A stretch of 64,000 bases of DNA from Lama glama (Eukaryota), in NCBI GenBank assembly GCA_028534125.1, contig CM052817.1:5396001-5460000 (forward strand), written 5' to 3'. The notes under the pieces were generated by a model. It was not told the DNA's origin. It was given only the letters and a program-made list of their open reading frames with translations, and searched no databases. Shown piece by piece: positions 39,966 to 52,829 of this stretch; the first letter of the stretch is position 1, and every line of letters begins with the position of its first letter. The translations under genes and the position numbers were made by a program.

Positions 39966-41589
39966 GTCAGGTTAAGCAGGGCAGATTTCTCAGACAATGG
40001 CCTTTGTGTTGGATGTTGAAAGAAAATAATCCAGTTAAGTGATGAGAGAGACAGAAAGCAGCCCAGACTCGGGAAGGAGTGCCGGCGGGGTGTTTGCTCC
40101 AAGCGAGTCCTGGAGGAGAAGGTAGGGCTCTGCTGCCATATGAGTCACCATTGCGGTGGTATGTGGCCACTGGGTCTCACATTCCCCCGAGGGAGAGATG
40201 CCACCTTCTGCTTCCTTATCCCAGGCGGACCCTAACGCTGGAGACCTAGCAGGCACCTTGAGTAAAGTAAGAAGGGGCTTCTGCTGCTGCCTCCTCAGTG
40301 CTCAGCTCTCAGCAGAGGTTTTGACAAATTAAGATCAGTCACATGGGAATTGTTCCCATTTAGGCAGTGAAGTTTAGCCAGTCTCCTGTCAGACAGCTGC
40401 CTTGTGCCAGTTACTTTGAGCAAAGGACCTTGAGGGAAATAACTGTGACCCTTCGCGACGTGGTCCAGCCTCCCTTCTGGTTCCTTCCTCACCTTGCCCC
40501 AGAAGGCGTCTGTCTAAAACATGTATAATTTTATCTCTGCCTTGCAAAGGCCAGATTTCATGGCATGGCATTCCAGGCCCATGACACTTTGTTTCCCGGT
40601 CGGCCCCCGTGGGTTTATGCTCTGGTCATACCTGCCTACTTTGTGCTCTGAAGAGGCCTTGTTCTTTGACGTTCCTGAGCCTTAATCTTTGCTGATTTCT
40701 CTGCCTAGGCTGCCCTTCACGAATATAGTTATATTCTCTGTCCCTCTCCAGCATTCATGTCGCAAGCAAATTCCTATTTACCCTTCCAGCCCCGGTGAAG
40801 ATGTGGCCTGCTCTTTAAGGACTTCCCCAGTTCCCGTGGGCCGTGGTAGTGGCTCCTTCCTGTGTAGGCTCTCTGCACGTTGTCCTGGTCAGGTGTGACA
40901 CTCCCGCTCCTGCAGAGCTGCTAATGCCCCCCCTCCGCCCGCTGTGCAGCACGCTGCCTGTCCCGGTCCGCTGAGGACTGTGGAATGAATGAGCCAGTGA
41001 CAAGTCTGCTGGAGACAGCTTGGCTGCGAGTAGGGCTTTTCGTTGCCAAGCTGGATTGGTGGGTCCTTTGTTTTTGTATTATTTTGTTTTGATTGATGAT
41101 GGTTTTTGTTTAAAATCACTCTTAGAAAAGAAATTTGAGAAACTCAAGTTCCCGTGTTCTATGACATTGTTGCTGCTATCGTATTTGTTTTGTTCTTGGT
41201 GGGAAAAAAAAGCACACTTGTCAGTAAAAGGGCAGTCTGATTGTTTTTATTTTAACTCTTTCACAGTGTAAGAGAAAAGGTGTTCTATGATGATGATTGT
41301 TTTCACAGAATGGTGATATCACACTAAGCTCTCATACCAAAGGGCTCTTATTCCAAACTGGGTGAAAATGTTCTGCCCACTGAGACAGCAGTGGTCTCAG
41401 CTGATCTTTCTGGATTTGTCCCTCTGTGACTATGTTCTTAGAAGGACAGTACCATTGTTAAATGTGACTCTTCTCACCCATCCCCTGGGCACTGAACTGA
41501 GTCGACAGTGGGACCTGCTGTTAGGTACCTTAAGCTGGACGTGCGAGGTGGTGGAAACTTCTACTGGGGTCTCATCTCTGTTCTTTCTC

Positions 41590-41710
41590 CTGCTGTGAGA
41601 CTGAGAGTGCTTTGAAGGCAAGGGCCATTGTGTCTTTTGTCTCTGTGGTCCCAGTGCCTTGATCAGAGCCTGGCACAAAGTAGGTGCTCAGTTAATGGTT
41701 CTTTAATAAA
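41590..41710 (+). mobile_element. LINE-2 3' end
   Basis: tttgaaggcaagggcc...cccagtgcc...agagcctggcacaaagtaggtgctca. Confidence 0.7.
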
Positions 41711-43149
41711 GGAAGGAACGGGGCACAGTCACTCATTCCTGGCTCCTTAGATCTGCATGTGAGAGCTTATATGTTGGAAAGGTTGTGGGCAGGCAGTGTA
41801 GACACAACTGCAGTACTGGCACAAGTGACCTTGTTGTCCTGAAAGGGTTTAACACGTACCCATTATCCTCCTGATCGCCCTGAAGCACTACTGTTTTGTT
41901 TAAGATTGAAGTTGAAACAGCCAACAGATGCCCTCCTAGGCATATACTCATCAAATTAAAAATCAATTAAAAATCATCAGAAACAGTTCTTCTTTCCAGA
42001 AAGTAATCAAGTTGTATAGCATTGGCTTTCTTTTTCCTGGGGAGAGGTTTGAAGTGGCAATCTGAAAATTAAACCTAACCTCTGATACTCTTTTCCACTA
42101 GTTCAGAACATTTTCTTTGTGGAGGGGTATAAACTATACAGAAGTCCAGGAACAGATCCAGACGTAACATCGTAGCCCTTTCTCTTCAGACTGCTGTTTC
42201 CTTCTCATCCAGCGGTGGCTCATCTGATCCCGAACCTTACTTTAAAGTTTGCTGGGTTCTGGAATGTCATTTGAACACATCACTCTCACTAGTACAGTGA
42301 TGTTCTTAGAGTGGAAACTTTGGCTATTTTTTTCTGCCTCAGGGGAGATCTGAGAAGGACAGAACATATTGTCTGAAAGACGGTGGTTTCTTGTAACATT
42401 GTGGAGGTTGTGAAAGAGCAAGTAGGAAGACTGGACAACTCTGCAGCACTTGTCGGAATTTATCATTGTGGCTTGAAGTTAATTACCAGAATATGATCAC
42501 ATCGTACTGTTACTTCTAGAGGATGATGTAAATGAGAATTTCCTAAGATACTCTGAGGAAATCCTGGTGACCTAAATAAAATGTGTTACTCTGTAGACAG
42601 TTTCCACGATCAAACAAGTCTGAGAAACACTTAGTGTACAGAGTGCTCGGAGTGTTCACTGACCCTGTGCCTTGATGATATCTTTCTAAGAGAGCCCTGC
42701 CCACTGCGGAGCCCTTCACTCTTGAAATACCTGGCGAAACAGTGCCGAATCCCGTGGCCAGGTGTATCGCCTTGAGTTATTTATTGTTTACTCCCTGATG
42801 TTGGGTACAAAAGATACAAATTTTGCTACATTCCATTTTTCCTCCTCTAAAAAGAACGTTGGTTTTCTTACAGCACATACTCTCACCATACTTACTTGGT
42901 ACTTAAAGAATGTACTCAGAGAATTATTTATGATGCGATCCTCTCATCCCAACTAGATTGGAAGCCTGGTGAAGGCAGAATTTTGTCTTTTATCTCTTTA
43001 TGTTCACAGCCCCTAACCCAGTATCCTACATAGAGTAACAGCTCAGTAAATTTTGCCAATGTTGGGGAGGATAATGATAATAAAGATGAAGAAAACAAGA
43101 AGTGATGTGACGTGATATTAGGTCCAGAGCAATGATTTTGTCTTTTTTC

Positions 43150-43470
43150 TAAAGTTTTAGCTTTATTGAAGTAAAACTGACATATAAAATTGTAAAATGT
43201 CTAAAGAGTACATTGTGGTGATTTGATACACTGTACATTCTGAGAGGATTCCTGCCCACCTAGCTCATTAGCACATGCATCACCTCATGTATTTATCTTT
43301 TTAGGGGCAGTGGTTGGGAACATTTAAGCTCTGCTCTCTTAGCAAATTTCAGTTATACAAAACGGTGTTGTGAGCTACAGTCACCTTATTGTCCATTAGA
43401 CCCTCAGACCTTGTTCATCCTATAGTGGAAAGTTTGTACCATTTTACCAGCCCCTCCGTATTTCCCCTAC
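43150..43470 (-). mobile_element. L1MA-like 3' end fragment
   Basis: agctttattgaagta...cttagcaaatttcagttataca...gaaagtttgtaccattttacc is typical of an antisense L1 3' end. Confidence 0.7.
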
Positions 43471-43500
43471 TTGAGATTTTGTCTTGTGTACCACCTAGAA

Positions 43501-43691
43501 TAGGGGGCCAGAGCTAGCCCTTTGCCAGTTTTTGTACGGCCCTCAAGGTGAGCATGGATTTTATATTTTTAAATGTTTGTAAAACAAGAAGCAAAAGAAG
43601 AAATATATGAGTTAGAGACCATGTATGTTCTTTCACAAAGCCTACAATGTTTATCATCTGACCCTTTACAGAAAAAGCCTGCTGACCCATG
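43501..43691 (+). mobile_element. MER58-family fragment
   Basis: gtttttgtacggccc ... atctgaccctttacagaaaaagcctgctgacccatg resembles the MER58 3' end. Confidence 0.65.
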
Positions 43692-44949
43692 GCTTAGACC
43701 AGGCGCTCTAAGTTGGAGGACCACTTTTTTGTTGTATGTTCTTTGCAGTCCATCACAGACTGATGTGTCCGGTTCCACCGCACAGATCGGGCTCACGGCT
43801 TACGCTGCAGGTGACCCAGCAGTGTACCCTGTTCAGAGAGAGGAGCCCCCTGATTAAATGGCAACATCGAATTGCTATAAATGTTTCTTAATGCTTATTC
43901 TTCACACTTATTCATAGGAGACCAGTAACAAACAGTTCACAGTCTCATACTGGTCTATGGACCATACTCTGCGTAGTACTGGCCTGAAAATCACCCAGCG
44001 TGGACTAGATGCCCAGTAAATCTCTGTAAGTGTGACGGTGGCTGAAGGCAGTGAGGTGCTTCCCCGTGGGAGCACACGGGCCAGGGCCAGAGTGCGCGCC
44101 TTAGTCTGCAAGCCCGTCTTTGACATGACAGTACTGCAGTATTAGGTCTCAAAAGTATCTTCTTTCTGCCTGGAGCCTCTGTTGGGGGCGGAAAGGAAGT
44201 GTAGGAGCGCTGCTCGACTCGGGTACGGACCACTTTTCTCTAACAATTAAGGACTTCATTTAAGGTTTGCAAAGAATTTCCACATATTTTATTGTTTCAA
44301 AATGAGAAAAATCTGTTTCTCTCCCTCCTTTCTATCTCTTTCTGCTCCTAAATTTTAAATAAAATCCCAGTTTTTCAAATAAGGGACCCAGAAGCAGATG
44401 TTGGCCAGCTGGAACGTGCTGTGAGTGAAGTTACGAAGCTCAGCCTTCAGCTGGAGAAATTAATTTAAGTAAATCATGGAGCATAAACTGATCTTTCTGA
44501 TGGCTTTTTAAAAATTGCTCTTTTCAAATTCCCTTCAACTAGTTAATTTTTAATTTCCCTGAGGATTTTAGTAGACATTCTATGTATAATTAGATGTGTT
44601 TTCATCACTTAAAAAACACTTAACTTTGTCTAAGTCTGCCGCATTGCAGTCTTTTATTCATTTTAAATGGAAAACTGGCACATTGGCATGCTCTGGACAC
44701 AAAGAAGACAGACATTAATGGAACCCTTTATTTAAAAGTCAGTTAAGCCATTCTCCTTCCTGAACAATTGAGTCCTGCAGCCACGGTCGGGGCACAGTAA
44801 GGTAGGTGTCTGCAGCGAGGGGGAGCTGTCGTCTCCCAGGGCAGGTCGGAGTCTAAGCCAGCTGAGGGGTGGCTCAGCATGGCCAGAGAGAGCCTGAGCA
44901 AGGACAGGGGCATGTCCTTGCAGGGTGAGGAGTGGCAGTGGAGATGGCA

Positions 44950-46560
44950 GGCTGGTTATATACAGGGACATTGATCAGATAACTAAGCATGTAAGGGTAG
45001 CGGAAGCCAGGTTTCACACTGTCAGGGGAGTGAGAGGGAAATTGGATTGGAATGAAAGGTACTGATGTGAACTCACGGTTTTTAATTTACATAGATGCAG
45101 AAAAGAAATATGGTTGTAAATGTGTGTGCATGACTAGGTGTGCAGACACACACATATATGTTCTGGCTCTGTCCACTGAGATGTCCTGGATGCAGTGACA
45201 TCCCAATAGCAGTAAACGTGCCTAGCACTCAGATCTTGGCTTCTAAGTAGCAGTTTTAGCTTCTAGGAACTGCGGTTCCTTGGAGAAGTGGCTGAGTTTG
45301 GGGCTGGGTCAGGAAAAGTATAAAATGAGCCTGAACATTTTGTTGTACCAGAAGGCAAGGAAGGGTTCAGGGAGTGGTGGGGACATGTGAAAAGGACATA
45401 AGCCAGTTTGAAGGGGCTTCCACTGACCAAGTAAGAGACAATTTGAGCATCAAAGTAAATGATAGCAGATTATAACCCACTGAATAAAAAAAGACATCAT
45501 GAGTCCATCTGGATAGGAATAAAGAAATGAATAAATCAAGAGTCTGAAGTTGATAATTGCGTAGTATCAAAGCATTCCCTTCCCCAGGACTTGTTATCTG
45601 CAGAGAGGGAAAGAGTAACTGTGGTTACAGCCACCACTGCAATCAGGGGATCAAAGTGAAATCACGTGCAGCCTGGTAGGATGCAGTGAGAAGAATGGGA
45701 ATAGCATTTCCCTTCTATCATGTCATCATTTTCACACCAGCGATGCATAACCTGAATCCAACCACGAGGAGAGGGCAGACGAACTCAAACTGAGGGATGT
45801 CTTACAGAGTAACTGGCATGTTATTGTGGATTAAGATCATGAAACTCACGGAAAGACCAAGATCTGTTCAATCCAAAGGAGACTGAAGAGAAGTGACAAT
45901 TAGATACAGTGTGTGACTCGGAACTGATTTTTGTTTTGTTATAAAGGATGTTACTGTGATGACTGGTCAAATTAGAATAGGGTCTAGGGAAAGGATGGGA
46001 GAAATGTACCAGTGTGAATTTCCTGATTTTTGTTTGTTTGTTTGGTTTGGGGGGGTGGTAATTAGTTTATTTATTTACTTTTTAATGGAGGTACTGGGGA
46101 TTGAACCCAGAATCTCATGCCTGCTAAGCACACACTCTACCACTGAGCTATACCCTCCCTCCTGAATTTCCTGATTTTGATGGTTGTATTCTAGTTGTAT
46201 CAGTGAAGGCTCTTATTTTTAGGAAATACTGAAATATTCAGAGGTGAAGGGGCACCAGGTTGGCAACTTACTCTCCAATTCAGGTTCAGGAAAAAGGGCT
46301 TCTTTGTACTATACACTTTAGACTTTTCTGCCTGTGATTGTTTCACAGTAAAATAAACAAAACCCCACAAGATACTACCATCTCACAGATGTTAGAGTGG
46401 CCAGAATAAAAATGACCAGTGTTAGGGAGGATGTGTAGCAACTGGAACTCTCATTTATGGCTGGTGGGAATATAAAATAATTCTTTATTAGAAACAGCCA
46501 AATAATTCTCCAAGGGTAAATAACCATCCTGTGACCCAGAAATTCCACACCTAGGTTCTT
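44950..46560 (+). mobile_element. Ancient L1 (L1ME/L1MC-like) 3' region fragments
   Basis: Degenerate L1 3'UTR-like motifs and an ORF2-end remnant (gatactaccatctcac...gtgtagcaactggaactctca). Subfamily uncertain. Confidence 0.55.
46031..46162 (-). mobile_element. tRNA-Ala-derived SINE, vic-1-like, inserted into an old L1 fragment
   Basis: Reverse complement of the same SINE. Perfect 16-bp target-site duplication tgaatttcctgatttt at 46015-46030 and 46163-46178. Confidence 0.9.
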
Positions 46561-47949
46561 TATGCCCAGAATATCCTTTCTGCTTTTCTGTGCCTGGCAA
46601 AACTTTACCCCTCTTTCAAGAGTTTGCCTGAGTGACACCACCCTCGAGAAGCCCCGGTTATTTCTGTGCTCTGTATTAGTAGCACTAAGAATTTGTAAAG
46701 TACTTACCTTTTACATAGGACTTTTCTTTTTTGTCTACTGTATTATTTAGTCTTTGCAACAACTTTGATAATATTGGAAGGTTACTGGAAGCCAGGTTTC
46801 TCATTATCACAGAAGTGAAAGGGAGAAAGGCAGAACGAAGCCTGTTTTATTGGCTGAAACAAAAGGTACTGAAAGCTACTTTACAGATACGGAAACTGAG
46901 GCCCAGGGCACAGGAGGTGAGCCGGGAGCACCTGCTGTGTCCCACCCTCTGTGCCAGATTCCTTGTCTTGGGTGATCTCATTCAGTGTCTGCAAGAACCT
47001 TTTAAGAAAAGGGCTATTTAATTCATCTTGCAGATGAAGAAGACTCAGACAAAGAAGATAAAAAAACCTGTCACACTGCAGGTAAGTGGCAGACTAGAGG
47101 CCACTCTGCAGATGAGCTGCAGACTAGAATCCAAGCCCACTTTTGTCTCCAAATCTGATTTCTAGACACAGCGTTCTCAGGCAGTCAGCCAGCCAAAGGT
47201 TTAAGGACCTGTCATGGCATTTGTGGAATCACAGAGGTAGCCTGTCAGCCAAGACGGTCTAAGAGGGCGTCAGGTCAGTCCTGCCGAGGAACATGGCCAA
47301 GGAGAAGGCTGCCCACCACTCAAGCAGCTTGTGATCTCCCCAGCTGGCCTCCTGAGACTCCTTAAATCCGTCCCCATCCATAGCACCAACCGAGAAGACC
47401 AGCACTAGTTAGGCCCGTAATTAGAAGACGCTGCTGAGTCCCTCGTACTGATGGTAGCAGTGCTCTCCCCTCTCTGAATTTTTCTGAATTATTGATGGAT
47501 TGTGTCAGCTGTTTCCTTCTGTTCCTCTGTTGGCCTGTGTCTTGTCAAAATAAAAAAATGTGTATTTTTTTAGGATGTCACAAGACAATCCATCTAACCA
47601 CTCTACCATTCTTATTACCCAGTGATAATAACCACAGTGGTAATAGTGGTAGTAACAGCTAATTTTTTCAACTCTTACTACACGCTGTGGACTATGGAAA
47701 GATTTATGTGTAAACCAGTAGAAAGATACTCTGACAGTCCCATTTTACAGATGAGAAAACATGCTAAGAAATGGTCAGCCATTTGTCATTTAGTAACTGG
47801 AAAAAATATGAAAATCTGGCAAATGGATTTCTTGTTCATGTCACACTAGTTTAAACATTGGCTAAGGTGTCAGGTTGCCAAGTGCTAAATCCCAAAACTA
47901 ATAAATTTAGTAATCACATTTATACATTTAATGTCAAACAGAACAAGTT

Positions 47950-50470
47950 TGTGTTTTATTTTTAAATAGTTTTCTTTTTTCAGTTATGTCATTAACTGGC
48001 TTTTTTGCTTAACCAGTTTTCTCTTTTAGATTTACCCATGTTATGTTTATCCATAATTTTTTCTTCCTTATGAATGAATAGTATCGCAGTGCATGAATTT
48101 ACCATAGTTGTTTTATCCGGTCTCCTGTTGGTGGACTTTTGGGTTGTTCCCACTGTCTGGCTGTTCTGGATAAAGATGCTGTGAACATTCCTAGACGACT
48201 TTTGTGTGGATTTATCTTTTCATTTTCTTGGGTAAACACCTAAAGGTGGAGTTGCTAGGTCAGGGTGGAGGTGTTTCTTAAGCTAAGAAACTGCCTTAAG
48301 TTTTCCGAAGTGGCTGTGCTGTTTACAGCCTTGTCAGCTTGTGTGGAAGCTCCTGGTGCTCCACGCTTCACCAAGGTTTGAGGTTGGTGATGTTTTTAAC
48401 TGTTGTAGTGGGTGTGTCGCAGTGTGTCACTGCGGGTTTATTTACCCATGCTGCTGGACGCCTTCCCGTTCATACATTTCCTTCTGTGAGATGTCTGGTA
48501 AGTCTACACTTGACCTGGTTGTTTATCTTTTTCTGTTGACTTGTATCGGAATTCTTTGTGTACCCTGCATACAAATTCCTTGTCGGGTATTTGCTGCAAA
48601 TACGTTTTCCTGTTCTGTGGCTTGTCTATTCATTTTCTTAAAGGTGTCTTTTGATGAACAGAAACTCCTAATTTTGAGGAAGTCCAGTCTATCCCAAGGG
48701 AGCCAAGATACCCTTTTTTGTTTTCTTCTGGAATCTAGAGTTTATGTTCAGGCCTAGCATCTATCTTGGGTTAGTTTTTTTGATACAATGGATGAGGCTG
48801 AGGTTCATTTTATCCGTGTAAGTATCCACTTATTCCTGCAATATTTGGACTTTCTTTTCCTCGTTAAATTGATCTTGCATTCCGTCAAAAATCTCTCAGC
48901 CCTGCATATATACCTGTTTCTGGACTCTCTGTGCATATCGTTGACCAGACTGTTCTTAATCCAGTACCTCACCGTCTTGATTCCCGTGGCTTTGTAGTAA
49001 GTCTTGAAGTCAGCTAGTGTAAGCCCACCAGATTTCTGCTTTCTCATTGTTAGTTTTGCTGTTCTAGATCCTTAGTATATTTCCATGTACATTTTAGAAT
49101 CGGCTTGTCACTTTCTTCAGGAAACCTGTTTGGATTTTCATAGGGATTATGTCGAATCTATGTGTAAATTTAAAGAGAACAGATGTCTTAATATCTGTCC
49201 ACAAACATGGTATATTTTCATTTATTTATTTCTACCTTTATTTTTAAATTTTTTTCTCAGCAGTATTTTGTCATTTTCAGTTTAGAAGTGTTGTTCGTCT
49301 TTTGTTAGATTTATTCCTAGATTTTTTAAAGCCTCTTATAAGTGGTACTGTTTTATTAATATTATTTTTCAGTTTCTCATTGCTAGTGTATAGAAGTACA
49401 ATTGATTTTTGTATCTACAAAGTACTTTGTGTCTTGCAACATTAATTAATTGACATATTAGTTCTAGTAGCTTTTTTGTAAATTCTCTAATTTTCTACAT
49501 AAACAGTAATGCCATGCATAAATAATAGTAGTTCTATTTTTTAATCTTTATGCCTTTTTTCTTGCTTTTTTGAGTTGCCTAGGACCTGGGCCTCTAGTAC
49601 CACAATGAATAGAAGTGGTTAGAATGGACATCTTTGCCTTGTTCCTGATGAAGGGGCAAGGATTTGTTGTTTCGCATTAAGTGTCATGTTAGTTGTAGAC
49701 ATTCTGTAGCTCTTTATCAGGTTAGGAAATTCAAGTTCCCTTTTTGTCGGGGGCTCCCTAGACTGCCCTCAGGCTTCGTTATTTGCTAGAAGGACTCACA
49801 GAACTCGGAAAAGCTGTTATGCTCATGCTGTGGTATCACAGTGAAAAGATGCAGATTAAAGTCAACAAAGGTAAAAGGCACATAAGGCAAAGTCCAGCGG
49901 AAACCAGGTGCAAGCTTTTAGCTGCCCTCTCCCAGTGGCATAGCATGGACAGGGCTTAACCTCCCAGCAGTGAGAACGTGTGACATGGGACAGCTTGTAC
50001 AGAGTACTTGTCAACCAGGGAAGCTCGCTGGAGCCTTAGCATCTCATATTTTCATTGGGGGTCAGTCATGTATGCACGGGGTACCCAGCAGTTGACCTTA
50101 GTTACTCAATCTCCAGTCTCTCCGGAGGTCAGGCTCGTAGAGCTTGGTCCAAGGCCCCATCACAGATCGCATTGTTAGCGTAAACTGTCTCGTGTGGGCC
50201 TTGGCCCCAGGTGTACAGAAACACTCGTTATCGGGCAGGGTGTTCCAAGAGCTTGGTGGTCATCTCCCAGGAACTGATCCAGGGCCAGTTTCTTTGTCAT
50301 ATGTAGAATTGGAACACCCTAGACCTGCCGAGTCAACCCTTTCCTGCACACTTTCTAATCCTAGCTTGCTGAAAGTTTTTATAATGAAGGAATCTTGAAT
50401 ATTTCAAATGCTTTTTCTGTATCTGATGAGGTGATCATGTGGTTTTCATCCTTTCTGGTAATGTGGTGTG
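47950..50470 (-). mobile_element. Old L1M fragment, antisense, interrupted by an LTR
   Basis: Minus-strand peptide [20 protein letters not shown] (ORF 48805..49047) and T-rich L1 antisense composition. Confidence 0.85.
49745..50350 (-). mobile_element. Solo ERVL-type LTR, MER77-like, nested in L1
   Basis: TG...CA ends (tgtcgggg ... cctttcctgcaca). 5-bp flanks ctttt/ctttc. L1 sequence resumes on both sides. Confidence 0.75.
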
Positions 50471-51405
50471 GTTAGAATGTTCATAGTGCCACATGGATTC
50501 CAATACAAGGCTCATTGTTTCAGAACCAATATTTTTCCTCTTATTAGCCACTTATTGACAATTATAAAGCACCCATTCATTCCACCTGTATTTACTAAAC
50601 ACTGAATGCCACGCACTCATCTGGGACCTAGGGCCACAGAACATACACAACTTATGAAGTCGAGGCCCCCGCTCTCAGAGTGAGCGCTCCAGCGGAGCAA
50701 GGCAGACGGTAAACAAGTTAACTAGTGAGATCGTTCCAGACCGTGGTGATTGCCGTTAGGAAGACGAGCAGGCGCTGTGGTGGAGAAGGCCTGTGTGAGG
50801 TGGGAGGGTCGGGGGTGGGGGGCCTCTGTGAGCGGGTGGGATTGCACCTGGCCCTGAAGGTGGAAGAAAACACAAGGCGGTGGGGGGAGCCCCGGGGCAG
50901 GTGCCAAGTGCTGAGGCTTAGGACCTGAGACGAGGCCCTGCCATCAGTGGGTATTTAGAGCCTTGTGCTTTTACAGGTCAGTTTTTTAAGATAGTACTCA
51001 TATATCACATATATGACATAACACATGCATGTGTATGTTCAGCGACACTTCTCCATTGGGGTAAAACAACCAGCTTCTTGGGTTTGTTGAACCTGGAATA
51101 GTTGGCCTCGCTGCCGATGGGTAGGGAGTGGCGTCAGCAGGTAGGGGGGTCCCGTGTCCTTTCCTGCAGCCTGCAGACTGTGCTCCTCCCGCCACGCGCT
51201 TTGGTGCAGGGTGTGCAGTCCGCCTTGTAGTAAGTGCCCGCAGGAGGTGAGTGGGGCGGTCACTGGGCCCAGAGACAGCAGCTCTGCTCTGCAGCGGCAC
51301 AGCAGGCTCGGAACAGGCATGCGGGGTCACGTGTGCCTCCTTCTGCTTTCAGACAGAATCCTGTTGTGTAAGTAAATTACATGTCTACTGATTTTTGCTC
51401 TTTAG

Positions 51406-51521
51406 ATCTAAGCTGGAACCAGAACCAAATACAAAGCCAAGAGAATCCATGTCTTCTGAGAAAGTTTCACAGACTCTTTCAAAAGACTCTGAAGAAAAAT
51501 CTGTCACTGAAGAATATCCAG
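51406..51521 (+). CDS. STX18: Syntaxin-18 coding exon 6 (SKLEPEPNTKPRESMSSEKVSQTLSKDSEEKSVTEEYP), linker region
   Basis: Acceptor tttttgctctttag|A, donor CAG|gtatga. 116 nt, frame consistent with exons 5 and 7. Confidence 0.95.
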
Positions 51522-51989
51522 GTATGAATTAAAATCAAAATCTCGCCTGTCTCTCTTCCTTATGACATGTTGGCAAAAACATAAAGCAGAACAAAAAGGA
51601 ACCTGGCCCCAGACATCTCATGGTGTTTGTATTTGCATAAGCAAAGGAAACACGGAAGAGGGAGCTGTTTTTGGTCACAGCTGGATCCTAATGACTGCTG
51701 CTGGGGCAGGGTGGGAGGATCCTTGGCACCTGGGAGCCCTTGAGCCAGCAAGGTCCAGAGAAAGCACCTAGGCCACCGTGCACAGTGTTGGGGGTGCTAC
51801 CTCCCCTGCGCCCCTGCGGGGCTCGTCCCGGTGATCTTGGTATGCTGTCAGCACTAGCTTGCGTGGTGGGCCTGACCATCCTGCCTCTGGGTGGAGCACG
51901 TAATTTCAGCAGCCTTGATCAGCCAACTGAGTGAACAGGACAGAGCGCAAGTCTGGGTTTCCATGTTTCCTGTCTTTGTGTGTGCTAGC

Positions 51990-52720
51990 TGGCCCAACTT
52001 CAAAACTTACTACAAAGCAACAGCAATCAGGACAGTGTGGTACCGACACAAGGATGGACATATGGATCAATGGATTAGAATTGGGAATCCAGAAATAAAT
52101 CAAGTGGCTCTGGTCAGCTGATTTCCAACAAGGGTGCCAAGACCATTCAGTGGATATCCACATGCAAAAGAATGAGGCATGACACTCAAGTCACACCATG
52201 TATAAAAAGTAACTCAAAATAGACCGAAGGCCTACACAGAGCTAAAACCCTAAAACTTACAAGAAAACATGGGGCTAAATCTGCCTGGTCTCAGACTGAC
52301 AAGGCTATGACACCAAAACACAAGCAACAATTAGGTAAACCGGCCCTCATCAAAATTAAAAGCGTTTGTGCTTCTCTTGTTGAAGAAAGAAAGTGAAAAA
52401 ACCCACAGAATGGGAGAAAATATTTGAAAATCATATCTGACCAGGGATCTGTATCTAGAACATAGAACTTTTACAACTCTGTAATAAAATGGTAACCTAA
52501 TTTTTAAATGGACAGAAGGGCTGAATAGAAGTTTCTCCAAGGGAAATACACAGACGGCCCATGAGCGCAGGACACGACGCACAGCACCCTTGGTCGTCAG
52601 GGAGAGGCAGATCCAACAGCAGCAAGTGAGGTTTCACTCCACGCCTGCCAGGATGGCTGGGGTGAAGGGGCAGATAATAACCAGTGTTTGCAGGATGTGG
52701 GGGATCAGAACCCTCACGGG
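51990..52720 (+). mobile_element. Old L1M ORF2 fragment, sense
   Basis: Peptide [27 protein letters not shown] and the sequence cccacagaatgggagaaaatatttg. Confidence 0.85.
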
Positions 52721-52829
52721 TAAAAGCTCTCCAGGCAGGGGGACCGGCCAGTGAGAAGGTCTAGGAGGGAGAGATGAGCTTGGTATATTCAAACACACGT
52801 GCACACACCTGCACATACACAGACACTCG

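Noticed and set aside
46571..46579. ATATCCTTT, an AT-AC U12 donor motif
   Set aside because: At the edge of L1-derived sequence with no upstream exon or matching AC acceptor. It shows that such 9-mers arise by chance.
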